Assembly (NCBI GenBank): GCA_963815115.1
Contig: CAWFFN010000005.1
Location: 768,001 to 832,000, forward strand
Direction: 5' to 3'
DNA: 64,000 nucleotides
Source: an uncultured delta proteobacterium
Lineage (GTDB): Bacteria > Desulfobacterota > Binatia > DP-6
Both the position numbers and the translations under genes were made by a program. Positions 37,876 through 47,412 of the stretch are shown piece by piece. How positions within the stretch are numbered: the stretch's first letter is position 1; every line of letters starts with the position of its first letter. Under the pieces are notes generated by a model. It saw only the letters and a list, made by a program, of their open reading frames with translations. It searched no databases and had not been told where the DNA came from.

Positions 37876-39122
37876 CAGTGCAACAACTTCGGCGCTCCCT
37901 CGGTGACCAGCCGGCGAATGTCGGGGTCGGGATGCGACGCGCGGATCCGCTGCATCAGGGGATCGTCGCGCGAGATGCCGGTGACGAGCAGGAGGGTGAC
38001 GGCGTAGCGCTGCACTTCCGGATCGGGATCGAAGGCAAGGCGCGTCAGGCTCTCCTGCGCCGTCCGCCCGCCGACGCGGTTGATCGCGCGCCCCGCGGCC
38101 TGGCGTGTCGGCCAGTCGCTGCGGCGGAAGATCTCCTCGACGGACGGCAGGACGTCGGGGCGCTGCGTGGCGCCCAGGGCCTCGGTCGCCGCGGTCCGGA
38201 CGTCGCTGCTCCGATCATCGAGCGCGAGGCGCGTGACGCGCGACACGGCGTCCGGCTCGGCGGTCGCGAGCAACGCCCGGGCGGCGGCGGCGCGCACCGC
38301 CGGATCGCTGCTGGCGAGCGACGGGGCGACGTCCGCCGCGGTCGGCGGTGATCCCAGGCGCCGGAGCGCCGCCCACGACGCCTCCAGGACCGCAGCGTCG
38401 GGACCGGGGAGCGTGTGCAGCGCCGGCGCGAGGCCCGTGAGGCTCGCCGCACCGATCGACTCGACCAGCTGCACCCGCACCCAGGACGGCAGGTCGGTGC
38501 GCGCGAGCGCGGCCTCGAGCCGGCGGCGCTCGGCGTCGGTCAGCGTCGCGGCGAGATCGGGAACGCCGGGCAGGGCGGCTGCCCCGTCGGCGACCAGGCG
38601 TGGGTGGCGGCCGGCCAGCGTGTCGAAGACCAGCGCGCGACGCTGCGCCGCGCGCTGGACGCGGTCGGGCTCGGGCGCCGCGCTCGCCGCGACGAGGCGT
38701 GCCACGATGGCGGCAGCCTCGTCGGCTTCCGTCGCGGATCCGGCGATCACCCCGTGACGGCCGCCGGCCGGCTCGAAGTACTTCCCCGTCGGCAGCGCCC
38801 GGGCGAGCGATGAGCTGGGGGCGGCCGGCACGAGGAACAGCACGACGTGATCGCCGTCGCGCAGCAGGTCGGGTACCGACGGCAGGTCGTGATGCTCCAC
38901 CACGTTCACGTCGCCGACCGCGGTGCCCTTCAGCGCGCGCTCGGCACGCACGCGCGCGACCGTCAGCTGCCCGTCATCGTAGGAGGAGACCTGCGTCACC
39001 GCCCCGGCGATGACCAGGCGGGCGCGTGCCAGCTGCTGCGCGAGCGCAGGCGTCCGGTCCGTCGCGGCGTGCGCGACGGAGCCGGCTGCCACGAGCAGCG
39101 CGATGAGCCAGCGCAGCGTCAG
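37875..39122 (-). CDS. Secreted HEAT-repeat protein
   Basis: Signal-like LRWLIALLVAAGSVAHA; repeats SDPAVRAAAARAL, DRSSDVRTAATEALG, DPDPEVQRYAV. Start approximate (CTG 39122 or 39116). Confidence 0.7.
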   Translation of the reverse strand: MTLRWLIALLVAAGSVAHAATDRTPALAQQLARARLVIAGAVTQVSSYDDGQLTVARVRAERALKGTAVGDVNVVEHHDLPSVPDLLRDGDHVVLFLVPAAPSSSLARALPTGKYFEPAGGRHGVIAGSATEADEAAAIVARLVAASAAPEPDRVQRAAQRRALVFDTLAGRHPRLVADGAAALPGVPDLAATLTDAERRRLEAALARTDLPSWVRVQLVESIGAASLTGLAPALHTLPGPDAAVLEASWAALRRLGSPPTAADVAPSLASSDPAVRAAAARALLATAEPDAVSRVTRLALDDRSSDVRTAATEALGATQRPDVLPSVEEIFRRSDWPTRQAAGRAINRVGGRTAQESLTRLAFDPDPEVQRYAVTLLLVTGISRDDPLMQRIRASHPDPDIRRLVTEGAPKLLH

Positions 39123-42100
39123 GGGACGATCTGGAGCCCCGGCGGCGTCCACCCGCCCCCGTCCACGTCGACGAAGAGCGGGTTGGTGAAGGCGAGCGCC
39201 GTCATGCCGTCCTCGCCGAGATTGCCGTCGGTCAGATCGGCGAGGGTCGGGTTGGTGGAGCTCTTCAGGCTGTCCGGGATCACCGGGAAGAGCGGCCTGG
39301 AGACGCCGTCGGTGCCCTTCACCATCACCACCACCCAGACGTCCTCGGCGAGGCCGGTCAGGCTGAGGGTGGTGGAGGCTTCCAGGCGCTGCGCGCCCGG
39401 GATGCCGCCGTTCACCGTCACGACGCTCGGGGTCACCGTCTGCACCTGGTCGGGCGTGATGGCGTACCGCTTCACCGACACGGGCCCGCCTCCCGACTGC
39501 TTGGTGCTCGACGACCGCGTCGTGGTGCTGTTGATGTAGTACTCGACGCGATCGAACTCCGCCCAGATCGGGCTCTGGATGTCGACGTGGATGTCGACGG
39601 CGCCGTCGGTGGTGGCGATGGTCGTCGGCAGGCCGAGTGCGTGCCCGCCGGTCTGGCCGGTGGAGGCCGCGGTGGTCGTCACGCGCACGATGGGTGCGTT
39701 GGTGCCGAAGGCGCGCCCGGCGTTCACGTTGTCGGACAGCGAGTCGGCGATGCCGGCGAGCGCGGCCGGGTCGTCGGTCGGTGACGCGACCATGGTGCGC
39801 GGGATCCCGGCCTGGCCGACGATCTTCACGTGGGTGTCGGAGTCGGCGACGCCGCTGCGCACGATGCCCTGGTTGATCAGGTTGAACCAGTCGCCCACGT
39901 TCTGTCCGAGGAAGTTGGTGTACACCTGGCCGCGATCGTCGCCGATCCACACCTCGAGCGCGCTGAAGCCCGGGTCGAAGTAGTTGGTGATCGCGGGGTT
40001 GAGCCGGCGCGCAGAGCCGGGCACGGCCGACTGCGGCGGGACCACGCCGGTGTCGATGGCCAGGCCGGAGTTGCCGTCCATGCCGAAGTGGCTGTGGATG
40101 TGGTTGATCTGGACGGTCCCGACCGCGGGATCGGCGAACGCGGCGGCAATGATCTGCCCGGGGGTCAAGCTGTAGTTCCCGAACGAGGGGAAGTCCTGCC
40201 CGGCTGGCGCCGCCCCGCCGTGGTCGACGCTGCCGCCGTTCACCAGGGACGGGTCGATGGTCACCGGCCAGGCGTTGAAATGGCCGTAGTCGAAGCTGGT
40301 GATCTCCGCACCCGGGACCGTCGAGATGAGGCTGCTCGCGCCCACCGCCGCGACGTCGGGGGTGTAGTCCGTCCGGAAGTCGTGGTCGGACGGCGTGAAG
40401 AAGTCGACCCCCTCGGCCAGCAGGGTGAGGACGCGGTCGTGGCGCGAGACCTCGCTGTCGGGGCTCTCGATGGAGTGGATGTGGAAATCGCTCGCCACGA
40501 AGCCGGTCGAGTCGACGACGCGTGCGATCTGGGCGTTCACCGTGGCGGTGCCGCCCGGCGTCAGCGTCACGTCCTGCGTGGCGATCGAGTACTCGGGCCC
40601 GCGCGACACCACGACCCGGTAGCTCCCGGGCTCGAGCGGCACGGGGCCGGTGGTGCCGTTCTCGTCGAAGAAGAGCGCCCGCGTGATGCCGAACGGCGTG
40701 TCCTCGGGCCCGAAGTCGTTGAAGATCCCGAGGTTCAGGCTGATCAGGTTGAGCACGTTCTGTGTGTTGCGCGGATCGGGGCTGGGATCGAAGCCGACGA
40801 TCGAGGCCTTGCCCGGGATCGGCGCGTTGGATTCGTCGACCAGATTGACGACGAGGGTGGCGGTGGCGGGCAGCGCGATGTCCTGCGTCGCCGTCGCGTA
40901 GGCTGCCACGGCGACCGTGTGCTCGGTCGGAGCGGAGGTTCCTCCTTCGTACGGCGATCCCTCCAGGTTGGCGGCGACCGAGTAGCTGCCGGGCGGAAGG
41001 GTGAGCGCGTAGTGACCGCTGGCGTCCGTGATCGCCTGCGAGACGACGTTGCGCGAGAGACCCGTGGGCGCACCGGAGGCCGGGCCGAGGACCGCGAGCT
41101 GGATGCCGGCCGCCGGGCTGCCGCCCGCCGTGACGGTGCCCTCGATCCGACCCGTCGCCATCAGGAGCGCCTGGTTGCGCGCGTCGAGCACCGACGACAC
41201 CGAGCCGTCGCCGACGATGAAGTAGCGCGTGAAGGTGACGGCGTCGCCGGGGCTGCCGTTCGCCTGCATCGTCCACGGCGGCGTTGCCGCACCGATCACG
41301 GCGAGGAGCACCTCGGTGTTGATGAAGGGGACGGCAACGCCCGAGGTGGAGAACGCGGACGACTGCGGGACCTCGTTCGTGTAGCCGTAGGACACGCCGG
41401 CGGCGTCGTGGACGCCGGCGTAGACGACGACGTTGCACGGATTTGCCGCTCCGACCGGGCACGTCAGCGTGACGGTCGGCCCGCCGAAGCCGTACGCACT
41501 CTGGAACTGCTGCACCTGACCCGATCCGTTCAGGAACTCCCCGAAGAAGATGCTGAGCGGGGCCGCGCCCGTGTTGTGCACCGTGGTCTCGACCCGCACC
41601 CAGTTGCGGCCGGGCTCGAGGATGTAGTCCGTCAGCACGTCGACCGGCAGATCGGTGTCGTTGGCGCCGGCGGGGAACGCCGTCGGCGGGAGGCCGAAGG
41701 CCGCCACCACCGTGCTGGGATTGAGGAAGTCGAGCAGGTCGTCGACGCCCGCGACGCGAATGACGGCGGCCTGCCCGTCGCTGCCGTCGTTGAGGACCTG
41801 GATCGAGGTGTAGTGGGCGGTGTTCTCGACGTTGATCGCGGTCGACCACTCCTCGAAGTTGTCGCGCTCGGGGTCGGGCGGTGTGCGCACGAGATCGGCG
41901 TCGATGATCTGACCGCCGAACTGCCCGATGCCGAAGAGGTTGCGCTGCAGGTCCTGGACGACGACGCGGATACGGTCGTTGGCCAGCAGGTAGTCGTTGG
42001 CCCGGCAGCGGCTGAGGGGGCCCTTCACGCAGTCGGCCGTGTTCGTGATCTGCTTGGCCTGCGCCGTCTTGCCTCCCGGCGCCGCGCCGTACTCGATGGT

Positions 42101-42892
42101 GATCAGCCGGTCGTCGCGGTCGGCGTGCTGCCCGAGCAGGCAGGCGCCGAGGCTCGTGCCGGTGGCAACGCCGGCGCACGGCGCTCCGAAGACGAGCGCT
42201 GCGACCGTGGCGTCGCTGCACTTGGAGGCGATCTTGAGCGCGCCCTTGCTGGTGGCGGTCGCGATGCTCGCGGCGGTCTGCGCGCTGCAGTCGGTCCCGG
42301 CCGGCAGCTTGCCGGCGCCGACCTTGTCCTTGCAGCCGGCGATCAGCTTGTGACGCTTGCCGGCGAGCTTCTGCCCCTCCTTGGATGCCGCCGACTGGCA
42401 CTTCTGCTGGAGGGCGGGAATCGTTCCGCTCGTCCCGTAGGCGACGTCTGCCAGCGCCAGCGCCTGCTCCTCGTGGGTGTCGATCAGGCAGGTCGCCAGG
42501 TCGGCGGCCGTGGCGCTCCCGTAGCAGGCCCCGCCGAAGACCAGCTGCGCGACCACACCGCCGGGGCAGGCGGCCTGGACCTTGGTGGTGAGCTTGGTCT
42601 CGGCCTTTCCGATCTTGGCGGCCGCGCCCGGCTCGATGGTGCAGTCGGTCATCGCCGGCAGGGTGCCCTTGCTCACGGCGTCGAGGCACTTCGAGAGCGC
42701 CTTCTGCACGTTCTTCAGGAGCACGCGGCCCTGCGTCCCGACGGCCTGGCGGCATTTCGCCTCGGCAGGGCTCAGGGCGGCACGGGACGTTGCCGCGCCT
42801 CCGGCGACGGCGAGCGCGGCGATGAGGGCACACGGGATCCCAAGGGCACGACCTGGCGTCCGCATGACATGAACGATTCCCAGACCCGTCAC
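39119..42892 (-). CDS. Large secreted PHP-type metallohydrolase (CehA/McbA-like) with N-terminal Cys-rich tandem repeats and carboxypeptidase-regulatory-like domain
   Basis: DYLLANDRIR, VSRGPEY, SDFHIHS..SPDS, TPSDHD, GAEIT...GHFNAWP, QINH, DSDTH, AFTNPLFVDVDG. Confidence 0.8.
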   Translation of the reverse strand: MTGLGIVHVMRTPGRALGIPCALIAALAVAGGAATSRAALSPAEAKCRQAVGTQGRVLLKNVQKALSKCLDAVSKGTLPAMTDCTIEPGAAAKIGKAETKLTTKVQAACPGGVVAQLVFGGACYGSATAADLATCLIDTHEEQALALADVAYGTSGTIPALQQKCQSAASKEGQKLAGKRHKLIAGCKDKVGAGKLPAGTDCSAQTAASIATATSKGALKIASKCSDATVAALVFGAPCAGVATGTSLGACLLGQHADRDDRLITIEYGAAPGGKTAQAKQITNTADCVKGPLSRCRANDYLLANDRIRVVVQDLQRNLFGIGQFGGQIIDADLVRTPPDPERDNFEEWSTAINVENTAHYTSIQVLNDGSDGQAAVIRVAGVDDLLDFLNPSTVVAAFGLPPTAFPAGANDTDLPVDVLTDYILEPGRNWVRVETTVHNTGAAPLSIFFGEFLNGSGQVQQFQSAYGFGGPTVTLTCPVGAANPCNVVVYAGVHDAAGVSYGYTNEVPQSSAFSTSGVAVPFINTEVLLAVIGAATPPWTMQANGSPGDAVTFTRYFIVGDGSVSSVLDARNQALLMATGRIEGTVTAGGSPAAGIQLAVLGPASGAPTGLSRNVVSQAITDASGHYALTLPPGSYSVAANLEGSPYEGGTSAPTEHTVAVAAYATATQDIALPATATLVVNLVDESNAPIPGKASIVGFDPSPDPRNTQNVLNLISLNLGIFNDFGPEDTPFGITRALFFDENGTTGPVPLEPGSYRVVVSRGPEYSIATQDVTLTPGGTATVNAQIARVVDSTGFVASDFHIHSIESPDSEVSRHDRVLTLLAEGVDFFTPSDHDFRTDYTPDVAAVGASSLISTVPGAEITSFDYGHFNAWPVTIDPSLVNGGSVDHGGAAPAGQDFPSFGNYSLTPGQIIAAAFADPAVGTVQINHIHSHFGMDGNSGLAIDTGVVPPQSAVPGSARRLNPAITNYFDPGFSALEVWIGDDRGQVYTNFLGQNVGDWFNLINQGIVRSGVADSDTHVKIVGQAGIPRTMVASPTDDPAALAGIADSLSDNVNAGRAFGTNAPIVRVTTTAASTGQTGGHALGLPTTIATTDGAVDIHVDIQSPIWAEFDRVEYYINSTTTRSSSTKQSGGGPVSVKRYAITPDQVQTVTPSVVTVNGGIPGAQRLEASTTLSLTGLAEDVWVVVMVKGTDGVSRPLFPVIPDSLKSSTNPTLADLTDGNLGEDGMTALAFTNPLFVDVDGGGWTPPGLQIVP

Positions 42893-42980
42893 ACGGTTGT
42901 CAAGGAAGACCTGGCCCGCGGGGGCCGGGACTGCACCTGCTCAGGCATCGGAGCCGTGCGAAGGGGAGGGGCTGGCCGAC

Positions 42981-43229
42981 TCACTCCGGCTCGTCGCCGA
43001 AGTGGGCCCGGGTGATGCGCTCCTTCAGGTACTCGAGCGTGCCGAGGTCGTCGATGATGTCGCCGCCCGTGTCGTAGAAGAAGATCTCGCCGTTCTTGTT
43101 GCGGCCGACGGCGACCAGCCACTCGAGGTCATCCCGGTCCTCGAGCAGGTAGTTGATGGTCTGCGCGACGCCGCGCCCGGGGATGATGGTGACCTTGGGC
43201 CGTGCGGGGCGCTCCGTCTGCTTCGGCAT
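42981..43229 (-). CDS. Hypothetical 82-aa protein
   Basis: GAGGT SD; normal protein-like composition. Confidence 0.6.
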   Translation of the reverse strand: MPKQTERPARPKVTIIPGRGVAQTINYLLEDRDDLEWLVAVGRNKNGEIFFYDTGGDIIDDLGTLEYLKERITRAHFGDEPE

Positions 43230-43236
43230 GCCGACC

Positions 43237-44509
43237 TCACTTCAATACGAATTCCGCCACCGTTTCAATGTGATACGTGTGCGGAAAGACGTCGACCGGC
43301 TGTACCCGGCCGAGCCGGTATCCGCCCCCGGAGAGGGAGCGGGCGTCGCGCGCGAGGGTGGCGGGATCGCAGGACACGTAGACCACCCGGCGAGGCCGTC
43401 GCGCCACCAGCAAGGAGACGACGTCCGCAGCGCCCGTCCGGGGGGGGTCCAGGACCACCACGTCGAGCCCCTGAGCCGGCAGGCGCTCGAGCTCGGATCG
43501 CCGCCTTCCCGCAGAGGAAGCGAGCCCCGACGATGCCGAGCCGCGCCGCATTGGCGCGTCCCGCGGCGACGGCGACGTCGCTGCGCTCGATGCCGAGGAC
43601 GTCGGCCCCGCGGCGGGCGAGCGGCAGCGTGAAATTGCCGGCCCCGCAGTAGAGGTCGAGCACCCGCCAGCCCGGCCCGACGTCGCCGAGCTCCAGGACC
43701 GTGGCGACCAGCAGGGGGTTCGCGGACGGATTCACCTGGGTGAAGGCGTCGGCCGGGACCTCGAGCTGGAGGTCCGGTTCGAGCGGCACGAGGACATGGG
43801 GGTCGCCGACGACGACGCGAGCCCCGGCCCCCGCCAGCACGGCGCCGCGCACGCTGGCGTGGCGGGCCAGCAGGTCCTCCGTGGCCTCCACGTCTGCCGC
43901 ACCGGGGGAGCGTCGCGTCTCGGTCACCAGCACCACGCCCTCGGGGGCGCGGGCGATCGTGAGGCGGACCGGCACCGCGTGCAGGCTCGCCACCCACGCG
44001 CGGACGATGCCGAGGTGGGTCACCAGGGCGGGATCGGCGATGGCGCAGTCGTCGATCTCGACCAGCGCGTGCGAGCGAGCGCGCCGGAACCCGAGCCGGC
44101 GTCCCTCGACGAGCAGCGTGATCCGCGTCCTGTAGCCCCACGGATCGTCGGCCGAGAGGGGCGGACGAACGTCCACGTCGCGCAGGCCGCCGAGTCGGGC
44201 GAGCTGCTCTGCCACGAGGGCCGCCTTGGCGGTGCGCTGCGCCGAGAAGGTGAGATGTTGCCACTGGCAGCCGCCGCACTGCCCGAACACGGGGCAGCGC
44301 GGCGTTGTCCGGTCGGGACCCGCGCTGACGACCTCGCACAGGTCGGCGCGCAGGAATCCGGCGCGGTGCTCCACGATCCGGGCGTGCACGCGATCACCCG
44401 GCGCGACGTAGGGCACGAAGACGACCTGCCCCTCGTGGTGCGCGAGGCCGTCGGCGCCGTACGCCAGACGTTCCACCACGAGCTCGAGCGGCGCGTCGGC
44501 ATCCTGCAC
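43237..44509 (-). pseudogene. rlmD: 23S rRNA m5U methyltransferase (RlmD/TrmA family) with one apparent frameshift near 43497
   Basis: TRAM domain, [29 protein letters not shown] in one frame; LDPPRTG...[12 protein letters not shown]...[10 protein letters not shown] in another. May be a sequencing indel. Confidence 0.8.
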
Positions 44510-44596
44510 CCGCGAACAGTGCGCACGCGTGGTGCCGCGGGGCAAGCGCGATGGAGCGCGAACCCGGGTCGGAAATGTGCTACAGGGCCGGCGGTC

Positions 44597-45043
44597 ATGT
44601 CGGCACGGCTTCCCGGAACCGACGTCCGGCTGCGGCGCGGCCGGCGCCGTGACCTCGACGGCGTGCACGCGTTGCTGGCCGCCGCCGACGGGCCACGGCG
44701 CGAGCGCTTCGACCGTCGCACGCTGTCCGACATGGCACAGGACGTGTACGTGGCCGAGGCACCCGGCGGCGAGGTCGTCGGCGTGGTGGCGGTCGCGTAC
44801 CTGCGCTCGTTGCGCGCTGGCCGCTTCGCCGCCGTGCTGGACACCGCCCGCGCGCACGCGGGTCCGCGCGAGCCGCTTCTCGATCGTCTCATCGCATTCG
44901 CCGAGGAGCGCGCGCGCCGGCGCGGATGCCGTCAGGTGAGGGCCTGGGTCGATCCCGGTGACGGTGTGCTGCGAGCCGCTCTCCTCTCGCGTGGCTGGCA
45001 GCTGGGGGACGCGCTCGAGGCTGCTCTGGAGATCGACCGCTGA
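44597..45043 (+). CDS. GNAT family N-acetyltransferase-like protein
   Basis: VRLRRGRRRDL, VYVAE...VVGVV, LIAFAEERARRRGCRQV. Confidence 0.65.
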   Translation: MSARLPGTDVRLRRGRRRDLDGVHALLAAADGPRRERFDRRTLSDMAQDVYVAEAPGGEVVGVVAVAYLRSLRAGRFAAVLDTARAHAGPREPLLDRLIAFAEERARRRGCRQVRAWVDPGDGVLRAALLSRGWQLGDALEAALEIDR

Positions 45044-45068
45044 CGCGCGCCAAGGGAGGGGAGGGACC

Positions 45069-45392
45069 ATGGTCGTGATCCGTTTTCTGTTCGCACTGCT
45101 GCTCGGGTTCGTCATCGGCGCCGGCACCACGCTGTGGCTGGTCCACTCGGAGGCCGGCGATCTCGTGATTCGCCGGACCGAGGTCGTGCAGGATCTCGAG
45201 CGGCGCCTGCGCGAGGTCGAGGACCAGCGTGACAAGCTCGGCCGCCAGGCGGACGACTTCGCGAGGCGCTTCGAGCGGATGGAGGGCGCGTTCAACGACC
45301 TCGAGAAGCGTTACCGGACGCAGGCCGAGGAAGAGCAGCCCGCTCGCGGAGGGCAGCACGACGCCGGCGAGAAGCCCGCCGCTCAGCCCTGA
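45069..45392 (+). CDS. Membrane-anchored coiled-coil protein
   Basis: GGAGG SD; N-terminal TM segment followed by a heptad-rich charged segment. Confidence 0.7.
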   Translation: MVVIRFLFALLLGFVIGAGTTLWLVHSEAGDLVIRRTEVVQDLERRLREVEDQRDKLGRQADDFARRFERMEGAFNDLEKRYRTQAEEEQPARGGQHDAGEKPAAQP

Positions 45393-45542
45393 CGCGCGTC
45401 ACGAACGCCTCTGGTCAAAGAGTGTAGAGTCGCGTAAATCGAAGACGGCATGGCCCTTGAGGCACGGCAGGGCACGAGCGATCGACGCGCCGGCCGGGCC
45501 GCGCCCGGGACGAGGTCGCGCTCCGATCTGGCACAACGCGTC

Positions 45543-46277
45543 ATGCGCGTCACGGTGCTCGGCTCCGGCGACGCGTTCGGCGCCGGTGGGCGGCTGCACA
45601 GCGCATACCTCATCGAGGCTCCGGGCGCGTCGTTCCTGCTCGACTGCGGACCGAGCATCCTGCAGGCGGCCAAGCGCGTACACTGGGATCTCGCGCGCCT
45701 GGACGCCGTGCTGCTCACCCACCTTCACGGCGATCACTTCGGCGGCGTGCCGTTCCTGTTCATGGAGTACCGCTACGAGACGCCCCGCACGCGGCCGCTC
45801 ATCATCTACGGACCGGTCGGCACCGAGAAGCGCATCAAGGCGCTGTTCCAGGTGCTCTACGAACGTACCGCCGCCGACCCGCATCCGTTCCCGGTCGAGT
45901 ACCACGAGCTGTCGCCGGGCGACGTCGCGAAGGTCGGCGGCGCGCGCGTCACCGCGATCGGCGTGCACCACGTGCCGGAGCTCGTGGCCTTCGCGTACCG
46001 GGTGGAGGCGGAGGGCCGCTCGCTGCTCTACTCCGGTGACACCGCCTGGACGGACGAGCTGGCGGAGCACGCCCGCGGGGTCGATCTGTTCGTCTGCGAG
46101 TGCTCGACCTTCGAGACCAAGCTCGACATTCACATCTCGTATCCGGAGATCGCGGAGCGGGCGCGCAGCCTCGGCTGCCGCCGCCTCGTGCTCTCCCACC
46201 TCGGCAGCGAGCTGCTGCGGCGGTCGGAGGAGCTCAAGCTCGAGTGCGCCCGGGACGGGATGAGCGTGGATCTGTGA
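45543..46277 (+). CDS. MBL-fold hydrolase (RNase Z/AtsA-like)
   Basis: VLGSGDAFGAGGR, LLDCG, THLHGDHFGG, YSGDT, CECS, LSHL. Confidence 0.88.
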   Translation: MRVTVLGSGDAFGAGGRLHSAYLIEAPGASFLLDCGPSILQAAKRVHWDLARLDAVLLTHLHGDHFGGVPFLFMEYRYETPRTRPLIIYGPVGTEKRIKALFQVLYERTAADPHPFPVEYHELSPGDVAKVGGARVTAIGVHHVPELVAFAYRVEAEGRSLLYSGDTAWTDELAEHARGVDLFVCECSTFETKLDIHISYPEIAERARSLGCRRLVLSHLGSELLRRSEELKLECARDGMSVDL

Positions 46278-47412
46278 CCGCCTCGGCCGGCGTGAGCACC
46301 AGGGATCCGCGTCGTTCCTCCTGACGTCGCGACTCGTCCGACGCGAGGATCGTCCCCAGGGTCTGCTGCACGAGGGCACGCAGCAACGGCACGTCGCCCG
46401 GACTGACCCCCGCGCCGAGTGCCTGCGCTGCCGCGAGCGCCTGGCGGGCAGCCGCGCCGCGGGCAGTCTCGGCGAGAACGTACGCCGTACCCTCGAGGCG
46501 GCGCGCGACCACCTCGGGAGGGAAGAGCGCGGCGGCGGCACGTGCCAGCACGGCCGCGACTCGCTCCTCCTGCTGCATGCGTCCGAGGACGAGCGGGCTG
46601 TCGCGCACGGCGGTGAGCTCCTCGACGAACGGGGCGGCGGCCTCCGGCCGCGGCCACCACGTTCGCAGCTCGGGAAGGGCGAGCAGGTTGCTGGGATCGG
46701 CCAGCAACGCGGGTTGCTCGTCGTCGGTGGGCGGGTGCGCCAGGGCCGAGCGCAGCTCGCTCGGCGCTGCCGGAGGCGTGCTGACGAGCCGGGAACGAAG
46801 TCGCAGATAGTCGCGCTGCCGGTCCGGTGCGCCGGCGCGCTCGTGTGCCTCGACGACGAGGGCGTCCAGCACGCGCCAGTCCGCCGCCACCAGCCGGAGG
46901 CCGGTGTCCTTCTGGAGGCGTTCGCGCGCGGCGCGCAGGTCCTTGCGGCTCACCTCCACGAGGCGGACGTCCCGCAGGCCTTCCGGCTCGTTCACCTCCG
47001 CGATGAGGAGCAGCAGGCCGCCGGCGGAATGCGGACGCACGAGCCAGATGAGCCGATCGCCCTGGCCGTCGAACGCCGAGACGAAGCCCTCCAGTTCCGG
47101 GCCCGCGACGGGGGTCGGCTGCTGGGGTGCCTCGAGGACCGGCACGGGAATGCCGCGCTGGCCGAGGCGGAAGAGCGCCCGGCGCAACACCTTGCGGAGG
47201 GCGCGGTCGCTGGTCGCCGCCGCCCGCTCCGCGAGCAGGCGCGCCGTGGCCCCTCCACCCAGCTCGCCGAGCGCATCGGCCAACGATGCGGCGTCCGATC
47301 CGTCGAGCAGCGGCCCGACTCGGTCGTCCGGCGGGTCGTCGCCGCTCACGCCCGCGGCATCGAGACCGAGCCGCCGCAGCGTGGACAGGGCGGCGTCCCG
47401 CCGCCGGCTCAC
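46234..47412 (-). CDS. Hypothetical protein
   Basis: GTGA overlap with the M23 gene; RALRKVLRRALFRLGQRGI, SAFDGQGDRLIW. Confidence 0.65.
   Translation of the reverse strand: MSRRRDAALSTLRRLGLDAAGVSGDDPPDDRVGPLLDGSDAASLADALGELGGGATARLLAERAAATSDRALRKVLRRALFRLGQRGIPVPVLEAPQQPTPVAGPELEGFVSAFDGQGDRLIWLVRPHSAGGLLLLIAEVNEPEGLRDVRLVEVSRKDLRAARERLQKDTGLRLVAADWRVLDALVVEAHERAGAPDRQRDYLRLRSRLVSTPPAAPSELRSALAHPPTDDEQPALLADPSNLLALPELRTWWPRPEAAAPFVEELTAVRDSPLVLGRMQQEERVAAVLARAAAALFPPEVVARRLEGTAYVLAETARGAAARQALAAAQALGAGVSPGDVPLLRALVQQTLGTILASDESRRQEERRGSLVLTPAEAVTDPRSSRPGRTRA

Noticed and set aside
37875-42833. 1652-aa ORF as a single giant protein
   Set aside because: Only the last ~415 aa (HEAT protein) is protein-like; the remainder is an off-frame overlap of the 39119-42892 gene.
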